The position numbers and the translations under genes are program-made. A stretch of DNA of 63,722 bases, filler included, from Octopus bimaculoides (lineage: Eukaryota), in NCBI RefSeq assembly GCF_001194135.2. It is 4 parts of 4 records of this genome, joined end to end, with 100 filler letters (N's around TTAATTAATTAA, not from the genome) between each part and the next. Parts side by side here need not be neighbours in the genome. Positions count along the whole stretch, not along the records: positions 1 to 14,389 come from NC_068991.1; positions 14,490 to 46,343 come from NC_068996.1; 2 more parts are not named here. One strand, given 5' to 3'. Positions 12,614 through 23,406 of this stretch are shown here, one piece after another. The notes below the pieces were generated by a model that searched no databases, was not told the DNA's origin, and saw nothing but the letters and a program-made list of their open reading frames with translations. The first letter of the stretch is position 1, and the number at the start of each line of letters is the position of its first letter.

Positions 12614-13684
12614 CCATGACTTTTCCGGGCATTGCTATTATAAGATAATTAATAATGTGTTAATTAATAATTTAAGATTTTACCTTGTAAAATACTGAAA
12701 GATAATATTTCAATTTTTCCATGTAAGTGGGGATAATATTTCAATTTTTTTTCATGTTTAATTTAAATATATGTTGTGATTGAATGATTTGATATTACCC
12801 ATCCACCCTAAATTAATGGCAGGGATTTGTACCAACTTGTTGGTTGCATCATGGCTCACCAAAAGTTAAAAACAACAAGACCCCAAAACCATCAGTTACC
12901 AGGCTCAGCTTAAGTAACCTAGATTTTTAGTTGGTGATAATAGCATTGACTGCTGCTAATTTAGGTTTATCAATAATTATTCAATACAACAGTAATTATA
13001 AAAGCATATCAGATAAGAATAATTTCAAAATAAAATTAGCTCTTTAGATTTTTTTTAAGAACGTACTATAGCAACAAGTCTAGTAAGAAGAGAGAGAGAA
13101 TGAGGAGTGAATAATAAGAGCAACTATAACAAACAACGGAAATATGAGCAATTACAATTATAATTAAAACTGTTAACAGTTTGCAATTTGGTTTAGAACT
13201 GAATTAGTGGTGAAGCTTGGAAGCTGCTGCGATTGACGAAATGGTGGACTTAAGAATGTATTCAGTCACGTGTATTTATAAAGAAATTACAACAACAAAA
13301 AAAACGCATAAAAAATAGTATGTATACATTCATTTTAGAAATCTATTCAATTTGATGTACAGATTTTTTAATTAATTTGTTTTTTAACTAAGCACTTTGA
13401 AACTTCGGATACTGGTAGAATGTGTCACATAGCACAGGGTTTACTCCTAACGTCTTTGACAAACTTTTGTATTTTAGAAGTTATTTCGTGTTAAAGTTGT
13501 CATATTTGGGTAATTTTAACCAATCAATGACATATATTCAGCTGCTGCTATTTGCGAACAACTTGTGGCTCTATTGACAAAACGATGAGTCTTCGACAAG
13601 AGAAAATTTAAACTGAAAATCTCCCCTAACAAAACCCTTCTTTAATAACCAGAGAGGTTTTATAGCAACATATATGAGAATGTG

Positions 13685-13739
<55 letters not shown>

Positions 13740-13764
13740 GTCTGTCTGTCTGTCNNNNNNNNNN

Positions 13765-13795
<31 letters not shown>

Positions 13796-13817
13796 GTCTG
13801 TCTGTCTGTCTGTCTGC

Positions 13818-13861
<44 letters not shown>

Positions 13862-14346
13862 AATAATAATAATACAGGGTAAGATTATTAATAGTAATAA
13901 TTTTACCAAGTAGTCAGTATGTTAGGTAAATTATACAAAATATTCTATAATTATATACATAATTATAATGAGGGGTCATGGTCGCGTGCATATTTATTCC
14001 AACACTTGCAAATTTATATTGGATATTACACTGATGAAAACAAAAGGTAAGATTGCGGTACTTTTAGTTCGAAACGCGCCTGTGATTAACCATTATCGAA
14101 TTGATTCATCATTTTCACTTTTGCCTACATTAAAAAAGTGTTATTTTCTCGGAGTTTTTTATAGTAGTCGAAAAGACGTTACCGTCTATTTCTAATTCAC
14201 TACGTGGCGAGGCAATTAGCCGACCCATCATTATAATTATGTATATAATTATAAAATATTTTGTATCTATCTATCTATCAGTCTGTCTGTCTGTCTCTCT
14301 CTCTGTCTCTCTCTCTGTCTCTCTATCTCTCTCTCTCTCTCTCTCT

Positions 14347-14389
<43 letters not shown>

Positions 14390-14489
14390 NNNNNNNNNNN
14401 NNNNNNNNNNNNNNNNNNNNNNNNNNNNNNNNNTTAATTAATTAANNNNNNNNNNNNNNNNNNNNNNNNNNNNNNNNNNNNNNNNNNNN
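14390..14489. other. Artificial scaffold-join spacer N44-TTAATTAATTAA-N44
   Basis: Exact 44+12+44 structure; the palindromic 12-mer has TAA in all six frames. Repeated identically at 46344 and 62247. Confidence 0.95.
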
Positions 14490-14739
14490 GTGTGTTATTT
14501 TTATTCCTTCTACCTATCTACGTTGTTTAGAAAAGAAAAAAGTAATTTTTTTAAAATTATTTACTTTGTTTAAAAGAAATTATTTACTAATTTGCATGCG
14601 CACACATGTATTCATTTGCACGCGCGCTCGCGCGCACTTTTCGTAGGATCGACCACTCACGACTAGCTAGCGCGGACGCGCGACAGCGCGTTCGGGTCCG
14701 CTCTGCTTGAGTAGTATCTATATATATATATATATATAT

Positions 14740-14860
14740 ATAGTCAATCCAAACATGAACATGCAAGAAAAAACAACAACGCGAGGACGTGGAATAAGTA
14801 CAGTGTTATTGGACGCTCAGGAAAGGAAAGAAAAGAAAGGAATTCACGTTTCGAGTCCAA
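14740..14860 (-). mobile_element. Penelope-type pseudo-LTR remnant with half a hammerhead (ctcGAAACGT)
   Basis: Minus strand ctcgaaacgtgaattcc...ttcctgagcgtcc...ttccacgtcctcgcgttgttg shares ctcGAAA and ttcctgagc with 42039-42110. Confidence 0.45.
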
Positions 14861-15535
14861 AGAAGGTGTAAAAGGTTGATAGTTGCAATAGAGACATTAG
14901 TCTCTCTATCACCTTTCAACAAAATGATATATTAAGAAACAGTAGAACAATTAGTAACATAATAAAAATAAGTTTTATTTTTGGTGATGCTTGGTTTTAC
15001 ATATCCTGTGTTATTCAGCTTAGCAGCCGCTGATTATGTTGTGTTCGGTATTGGAAGGTTAAGGGCTTCGTTGATGCATGCCAGAGGAGTAAGTTGTTGT
15101 TACGTTGAAGGCATCGTGGTAAAGTTCGTTGAGGAGCAAGTCGTTGTCACGTCGAAGGTATCATGCTCAAGTGACTTAGAAAGTGAAAGAAACTCTTTAA
15201 GTACTGGTTTTACTACGCATGCGCNNNNNNNNNNNNNNNNNNNNNNNNNNNNNNNNNNNNNNNNNNNNNNNNNNNNNNNNNNNNNNNNNNNNNNNNNNNN
15301 NNNNNNNNNNNNNNNNNNNNNNNNCCACTCATTTACTTATTTATTTTTTCTAAAATTTTCATTGCATCTTGCAAACTTTTCAATAGGCGTTGACTCTGTC
15401 CGTTCTCCGAGCTGTGTTCTTTTTGTTTGCTTGTGCGCATGTGTGTGGGTCAGTGTGCGTGCGCATACACATATATATGTATGCATGTATGTGTGCGTAT
15501 GCATGCATGCGTGTGCGTGTGTGTATGCATGTATG

Positions 15536-15612
15536 TGCGTACGTTTGCATATATGTACGTTTGCATATATGTGCGTACGTTTGCATATATGTGCGTACGT
15601 TTGCATATATGT
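15536..15612 (+). repeat. Short minisatellite (gtgcgtacgtttgcatatat) x4, one unit truncated
   Basis: Directly visible. Confidence 0.9.
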
Positions 15613-16843
15613 ATTCTGCATGTTCATGTGTTTCTGTTTGTGTATGTGTGTGCGTGCGTACCTCTGTCTCCTTGCGTGTGCATGTCTGAGTGTATCTGTG
15701 TATAGGTTTTTGTGACTATGTACTGCGTCTGTTATATCGGATGTGTATCTCCATATGTATCCTTGTGTGAAGTGAAGTGCGTGTATATATGGTCACATGT
15801 TTCAGTCTTCATTTGCGTATGTATGTGTGTATGTGTGCTTGTCTGTTCATATTATCTATCTGTATGTCTATGTTTACATTCATACCCATTTACCTACATA
15901 CATATGCATATACATATATATATATATGTATACATACACACACACACACTCACACACTCAAACACTCACACACACACACATACATACATCTACATAACAG
16001 CCCACTAACTATTCTACCTGTATGTATAGTATGTTCTGCCTTATCTTCGAAACGTCTAGTTAGAATAGAGGCAGCTGACGAAGGATTAATTCCAAGTGGC
16101 TATCTGTTTTCCTATGTGTTCGTTCCGTGGTCTGTAGTTCATTGCTCTAACGTCCTATACCCTGATATGCATCTATATTCACATGTAGATGTAAGTATGT
16201 ACATATATGTGTGTATACATGCATATATATTCTTTGTATTATATATATATATAATATTAGGGATAAAATCCAAAATTACAGGTAAAAACTCAATTAAAAT
16301 CAATTNNNNNNNNNNAATATAATACAAAGTAAATATCATAAGATCAAGATAATAAAATGACTACACGTATTTCATAACCAATTTTCAAATAGAAAGAAAT
16401 TCAAATCGATTAAAATCGATTAAAACTATCGAAAATCAATTCTATTAAAAAATATAGCTAATCTTCAGGTCAAAATACAACAATAATAATAAATGAATGT
16501 ATATATCAACCAACAATAAATAATAAATGAATGTATATAAAATACTTATTATATAAAGATAGAAAAATATTATTAAAATATCAAAATAATAACTATTCAA
16601 TAATCAATCCTACATCCATTATAAAATAATTTAATAAGTATATCATATTTAAAAACCAACTAAACAAATTTTTTCGTTTAAAATACAATTTGAACGAAGT
16701 TTAAGTTTAAATAATAAAGATATTATTAGCACATATTTAAATGATGCAATATTTAAGCTAGGTCATTTATGATTATAAATTTTTTCTATATGTGACAGTG
16801 GATCTTCATCGATGAGTTCATAAACCTTGGTTCTTTTCCCTAA

Positions 16844-16885
<42 letters not shown>

Positions 16886-16889
16886 TGGG

Positions 16890-17400
16890 TATAGGGGTAT
16901 GACTAACTACTACGTATATTTCCTATTGAGTACTGGGGATGTTTCCTTTATGAGGACGTACTCCTGTATTTGTCTTAGTGTTGGGTCCTCTGGGTGTTTG
17001 GATAAAATGTGGATGTCAAGTTGACCCAGGTTGCCTCCATGTTAGTAGAGTATGGAGGATTGTTTTTTGTTGTCATATTGTCTCAAATGTTCATTTAGTC
17101 TTTCCACAATGCTCCTAGATGTCTTACCTATGTATATCATGTTCTTGTCTGTACAAGCACCTTATGCTGTAGACTACTTTTCTAGTTCTACAGTTAATGC
17201 CAGGGTTAATCCTACATACTAGGCAGTTATCGTTGGTGCATATGGTATTCTCAAAGGGGTACGCCCTACATAGTTGTGGTCTGATGGAGTTTCCTGGCTT
17301 TTCAACAACCTTAATGTTGAGTTTGGTCTCCTTCAGAGCGTTCCTAAATCTATGGGCTGTGACCTCTACAAACATCACTCCTTGATATTTGTTGGAAAGT
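16890..17400 (-). mobile_element. Penelope-like element, GIY-YIG endonuclease 3' fragment
   Basis: KLNIKVVEKPGNSIRPQLCRAYPFE..CTNDNCLVC..NPGINCRTRKVVYSIRC and downstream HPEDPTLRQIQEYVLIKETSPVLNRK. Confidence 0.8.
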
Positions 17401-17954
17401 ACAAGGAACATTTCACCAAAGAATTACAGAATAGGTATTTCCTGCACTTGAATTATTGTTATTTATCTCATCCAAAGTGCTATTTGACCCTGGCAGTATT
17501 TCATGGTTTCCTTATTGAATTCTCTTGTAACATCAAAATAGCTATATGTCATTTAATGTTTTGATTACATTGTAGTATAAACGTTCCTAAATGTATGCAC
17601 ACACTTTTCACTGACAAAGTGTTTGTTTTGCATATACACACAAATATTAATGTCTTCAATCCATATGCTTGTTCAGCTCTTATTTTTGTGTCATGTATAC
17701 GAAAGTAATATTTTTATTTTTAGTTATGTGTTCTGAACATTTTAACACTATTTGAGATGATTTGATTCTTGTCTGAAGTCTTATTCAATAGAAATCCTCT
17801 TCAAAAAATACAGGGTCAGGTAAAAGTCAAGCACCAAGCTTAAACCTCAATATATTTGTCAAAGACATGCTTCAATTTTTCTAAATTTGAATAAAATAAA
17901 TAAATAATGGTGAATATATATGTACTTGTACATGATGAACAAATTAAATAATAA

Positions 17955-18383
17955 TGATAATAATCCTGTCTGCTAAAGGTACAAGGCCTGAAATTTCAGG
18001 GGAGAGGGCCAGTCAGTTACATTGACCCCAGTGATTCACTGGTACTTAATTTATCGACCCCCAAAAGGATGAAAGGTAAAGTTGACCTCAACAGAATTTG
18101 AACTCGGAATGCGAAGACAGACAAAATGCTGCTAAGAATTTTGCCTGGCATGCTAGCCACCTTAATAATAATAATAAAAATCCTTTGTATTAAAGGCACA
18201 AGACCAGAAATTTGGAGTAGTCAATTACATCAACCCCAGTGTTTCAATGGTACTTAATTCATTGACCCCGAAAGGATGAATGGCAAAGTTGCCCTTGACA
18301 GAATTTGAACTGAGAATGTAAAAGCAGATAAAATGTCACTAAGCATCAGCCTGGCATACTAAGGATTCTGCCTGCTCACTGCC

Positions 18384-18457
<74 letters not shown>

Positions 18458-19170
18458 CCTTTCTACTAAAAATACAAGGCCTAAATTTTGAGGGGAGAGG
18501 TCTAGTCAATTACATCGATTCTAGTGTTTCACTGATTCTTAATTCGACTCCAAGAAGATGAAAGGCAAAGTCAACCTTGGCAGAATTTGAACTGAGAACA
18601 TGAAGACAAACAAAATGTCGCCAAGCATTTTGCCCAGTGTGCCAACAATTCTGCCAGCTTGCCACCTTCATAATGATGATGATGATGATGATGATGATGA
18701 TAATAGTAATAATGATAATAATAATGATAATGCAATATAAAATGTCAAATGTTTCAGTGCGTGACTTTTGTATTATTAGTCCCCAAAGACTGTATAACTA
18801 AGTCTCAATATCGAGCCTTTTTTTCCATAACCATTATTATTATTCACCAATGATTAAACACTAGGCATACTCACATGTGTGCCCCCCACCACCACCATTT
18901 GCTTTTGTTTCCTCATAACTTTCTGAAAAGATACTTTTTTTAATGAAATTTTTTATAAGTGGGTGCAGGTGTTGTTGCATTCTTTTCTACTCTAGGCACA
19001 AGACCCAAAATTTTTAGGGGTGGGGCAGTCGATTAGATTGACCCCAGTACGCAACTGGTATTTAATTTATTGGCCCTGAAAGGATGAAAGGCAAAGTTGA
19101 CCTTGGTAGAATTTGAACTCAGAACGTAACAGCAGACGAAATACCACATGGCATTTCACCCAGCATGGCC
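17955..19170 (-). mobile_element. Cluster of four head-to-tail SINE family B copies in (TAA)n/(TGA)n arrays
   Basis: Copies at about 17959-18164, 18180-18385, 18457-18670 and 18975-19170, each with an A/B-box head, core ctttgcctttcatccttt..gggtcgataaa..aagtaccag and an aggccttgtgcc..agaaagga(tta)n tail. Confidence 0.88.
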
Positions 19171-19337
19171 AGCTTGCTGCCTGCAGGCGTGGTTGTATTG
19201 ATAAGAAACTTGCTTCCCAACCATGCAGCCTTGGGTTTAGTCCAACTATGCAGCCCCAGGTGGAATGAATCCTTGTGAGCGGATTTGGTAGGTGGAAACT
19301 GGGATAAGAACAGTGTGGTTGTGTGGTAAGAAGCTTG

Positions 19338-19571
19338 GTAATGGCGGCGAGCTGGCAGAAACGTTAGCACGCTGGGCGAAATGCTTAGCGGTATTTCGTC
19401 TGCCGCTATGTTCGGAGTTCAAATTCCACCGAGGTCGACTTTGCCTTTCATCCTTTCGGGGTCGATAAAATAAGTACCAGTTACGCACTGGGGTCGATAT
19501 AATCGACTTAATCCCTTTGTCTGTCCTTGTTTGTCCCCTCTGTGTGTAGCCCCTTGTGGGCAGTAAAGAAA
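19338..19571 (+). mobile_element. Well-preserved SINE-B copy with an 11-bp TSD, nested in the head of a SINE-A
   Basis: TSD TAAGAAGCTTG at 19327-19337 and 19572-19582. The host SINE-A (about 19310-19935) resumes after the insert. B box gagttcaaattcc. Confidence 0.88.
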
Positions 19572-19954
19572 TAAGAAGCTTGCATCCCAACCACAGGGTT
19601 TCGGGTAAAATTCCATGGCATGGCACCTGAGGCAAGTGTCTTCTACTATAATTCTAGGCTAACCAAAGCCTTTTGAGTACATAGAAACTAAAAGAAGCCT
19701 GTTATATATATGTGTGTGTGTGTGTGTGTCTTTGTGTTTGTGTTGTATCTGTCCCCAACCGTTGCTTGACAACAAGTGTTGGATTTTTTTACATCCCTAT
19801 AACTTTTCTTTCACAAAAGAAACCAATAGAATAATTACTAGACTTCAAAAAATAGGTCCTGAAATCGATTCAATCAACCAAACCCTTCAAAGAAGTGCCC
19901 CAGCATGGCCACAGTCCAATAAATAAAACAAATAAAAGAGATAAGATATATATA

Positions 19955-20345
19955 CATATTGTGGAAGGGGTAGATGTGGGATGAAGTGTTAAGAATGGAT
20001 CTTCAGATGTTGGACCTTAGAGAGGGGATGACAAGGGACCAAACTCTTCATGGTTTGCTGTGCTTGAGAAGACACATCAAGCTATGTAAAAGCGTAAATG
20101 CCTGCATCCCACTCCAGCTAAGTGTTCCTAATCTTGCAGGCTCGTGGGTGCTGCTGCCATGTAAAAAGTACCCCTACCTGTGCCACATAAACGCACCCAT
20201 GCTGGTGCTGCATAAAAGCACCCAGTACTCTCTGTAAAGTGGTTGGCATTAGGAAGGACATCCAGCCATGGAAACTATGTCAAAACACTTCAGCTGGCCA
20301 GCTCTCATCAAACAGATGTCAAATGATGACCATGATGATGATGAT
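19955..20345 (+). mobile_element. RTE-clade LINE 3' end (ORF2 C-terminus + 3' UTR, (ATG)n tail)
   Basis: WDEVLRMDLQMLDLREGMTRD...AVLEKT followed by a UTR with ggttggcattaggaaggacatccagc. The same UTR lies on the minus strand at 37590-37910. Confidence 0.75.
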
Positions 20346-20677
20346 GATCCTTTATTGTTTACTTGCTTCAGTCGTTGAACTGTGTCCATGCTGGAGCATG
20401 CATATGTATATATATAACCCTGAAATCCGGATACGTTCGTGCTGCAGATCGAGGTGAGAGGGATAACTTCCCTTGGCAAACAGGACACAGTCGTGTGTCG
20501 ATAAGCCAGCTGGAGGAGATGTCCTCCTGGGGCTAAAAGCAACAGTAACATCCACCCCTAGGGGTCAGCCACACTTAAGTGGCAATATACTACACTTTAT
20601 CGTGCAGTTACTGTTAATACTTCATTTAGAGAATTAACATTGCTTATATATATATATATATATATATNNNNNNNNNN

Positions 20678-20718
<41 letters not shown>

Positions 20719-21278
20719 TGGCGATTTCTTATCAGTAGATAGGTGCAGCGTAATCCGTAGGCAGGAGAGATGCAGCTGGAGAGTGCAAAGTTCAGAATGA
20801 AAAAAGGTAGAGAGTCCAAAAGTTCGTGTGTGATAAATAGAAACAGGATTAGCTGGTGTGATGTATGTATTAGTATAATGCTCGGAAACATATATCTATG
20901 AGTGTGTGCCATTGTATTTGTGTTGTATTTATGTTCCACCACTGTTTGACAACTGGTGTTGGTGTGTTTACCTCCCTCTCCAGAAGTTAGCAGTTCAGCT
21001 AAGGGGAGTACCAGACTTCAAGAAATGGTAAAAAGAAACAAGTACTGGGGGTCAGTTTGTTTCACTAAAGCCTTCAGGTTGCTGTCCCAGCATGACCACT
21101 GGTAGAACAGTTGTTATTGTTATTGTTGTGGTTGATGTTTGGTCCAGATTATCCCTGATTGAGTAAACTTATGATCAATTTTGTTCCATTCATGACCATC
21201 TAATCTTGTTTTTATACCTGTTGTTCCAAGAATCAGCTTATCCAAAACGTCATCTCTTCCTGGGGAAGTAAGGTTTAA

Positions 21279-21498
21279 CCCTTTAGCATTTAAACCAACC
21301 ATATCCAGTCAATATGTTCTACTTGTTTTATATTCAAACTGGCCTGATCAGGCCTCTCACACCTTCTGTACAACATCATTCTAAAAATAAACTGTCACAT
21401 CATCAAAATTTTGAAGTTTTAAGATAATTCATCATAAATTCAAAACAATGTGAATAAATAATCATCTCATTTGACAGAGTAAACCGAATGCTAAAGAG
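21279..21498. mobile_element. piggyBac-like MITE
   Basis: TTAA|CCCTTTAGCATT ... AATGCTAAAGAG|TAA: imperfect TIRs with a TTAA-like target. Confidence 0.7.
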
Positions 21499-22349
21499 TA
21501 ATCTGAATATACAGGAAAGATTTGGCTACTATTTCTAACAGTACAAATGACCATGTAGAAGACTACCTATCTCTCTCCCTCTCTTTCTCTCTTTCTGCCC
21601 TAGCCCTGCCTGTACTTCTGCATCTGTCATTTATATTTTCTCTTTCACCCTTTCCCCACCCACTAAGTCATCCTCTCCTTTACTTTCATCTATCTTCTTT
21701 CCATTTCCCTCCTTGTCACTGCCCTTCACCCCCACTGCCCACCATCTTCTTGCCTTCATCTGACACTATTCTTCCAAATTCTCATATACGTTTTCTTTCT
21801 TCCTTTCCATACAGCTCCTCACCCTCTCTAATATACTGCTCACTTTTTGCTTTCCTCCTCCTCCTCTTCCTCCTCCTCCTCCTCCTCCTCCTCCTCCTCA
21901 TCATCATCATCATCATCATCATNNNNNNNNNNNNNNNNNNNNNNNNNNNNNNNNNNNNNNNNNNNNNNNNNNNNNNNNNNNNNNNNNNNNNNNNNNNNNN
22001 NNNNNNNNNNNNNNNNNNNNNNNNNNNNNNNNNNNNNNNNNNNNNNNNNNNNNNNNNNNNNNNNNNNNNNNNNNNNNNNNNNNNNNNNNNNNNNNNNNNN
22101 NNNNNNNNNNNNNNNNNNNNNNNNNNNNNNNNNNNNNNNNNNNNNNNNNNNNNNNNNNNNNNNNNNNNNNNNNNNNNNNNNNNNNNNNNNNNNNNNNNNN
22201 NNNNNNNNNNNNNNNNNNNNNNNNNNNNNNNNNNNNNNNNNNNNNNNNNNNNNNNNNNNNNNNNNNNNNNNNNNNNNNNNNNNNNNNNNNNNNNNNNNNN
22301 NNNNNNNNNNNNNNNNNNNNNNNNNNNNNNNNNNNNNNNNNNNNNNNNN

Positions 22350-22399
<50 letters not shown>

Positions 22400-22667
22400 G
22401 TCGTCGTCATCGTCGTCCTTCTTCTTCTTCTTCTTCTTCTTCTTCTCCTCCTCCTCCTCCTCCTCCTCTTCCTCTTCCACTTTATCCACATCATAATTGC
22501 CATCAGTAGCAAGATTAGCATTACCACATCACCACTACTACCACTACTATTATTGTCATCATCATCATCATCATCATCATCGTCAGTATCATTATAGATA
22601 TAGTGTTGATTGAATTGATCTATAATCTGTTACTGGTATTTTTATAATAACATAATATTAATAATAA

Positions 22668-22883
22668 TCCTTTCTACTAAAGGCACAAGGCCTGAAATTA
22701 GGTGTGGGGGGACTAGTCGATTACATTAACCTCAATGCTCTACAAATACTTATTTTATCAACCCCTAAAAGGATGAAAGGCAAAGTCAACCTCAACGGAA
22801 TTTGAACTCAGAATGTAAAGATAGATGAAATGCCACTAAGCATTTTGCCTCACATGCTAAACAGTTCTGTCAGTTTACCGCCT
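22668..22883 (-). mobile_element. SINE-B flanked on both sides by (TAA)n
   Basis: Same head, core and tail as the other SINE-B copies. Confidence 0.85.
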
Positions 22884-22897
22884 TCAATAATAATAAT

Positions 22898-22971
<74 letters not shown>

Positions 22972-23002
22972 TAATAATAATAATCATGATAATCATAATA
23001 AT

Positions 23003-23390
23003 AGACCAGACATAACGATTATAGATAAGGAAAAGTGAAGTTGCTTACTTATCGACCTACCATGCCCGTTTGATTCCAGGAAGGTAAAGAAAGAGGAAGA
23101 AGGAAAAAAATACAATCCATTAAAGTTTGAAATAGGAAGAATTTGGTGCATACGAACAGTAAAGGTTGGGCCTATAATAATTGGTGTGTTGGGAACAGTA
23201 AGCAAAGATATAGACAAATGGCTGAAGGAGATTGAAATAGAATGCCCAGTAGAGACAGCAAGGATTATCAGGAGGGTTCTAAGCACTTGAAAGATTGCTG
23301 AAAATGTGTGGATACCTAATGTTACAGGTAGTAACCTGCTACCTAAATAAATCCTACCAGGAATAAGACCAAACCTGAGACAAACCAAAA
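23003..23390 (+). mobile_element. 5'-truncated Dong-like LINE (REL C-terminus + 3' UTR)
   Basis: RPDITIIDKEK*SCLLIDLPCPFDSR...; starts and ends at (TAA)n. Confidence 0.85.
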
Positions 23391-23406
23391 TAATAATAAT
23401 AATAAC

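Noticed and set aside
18875-18922. 48-nt minus-strand exon-like segment (AG...GTGAGT)
   Set aside because: The peptide is not SLC22-like and the surroundings look repeat-derived.
20720-20850. Minus frame ...LNFALSSCISPAYGLRCTYLLIR resembles SLC22 TM8
   Set aside because: No GT donor before the (TA)n tract and gap, and the spacing is off by one residue. Worth rechecking with cDNA.
21522-22527. Long poly-Ser/His/Asp/Arg ORFs
   Set aside because: Trinucleotide repeats spanning an N gap; the same applies to all X-filled ORFs in the track.
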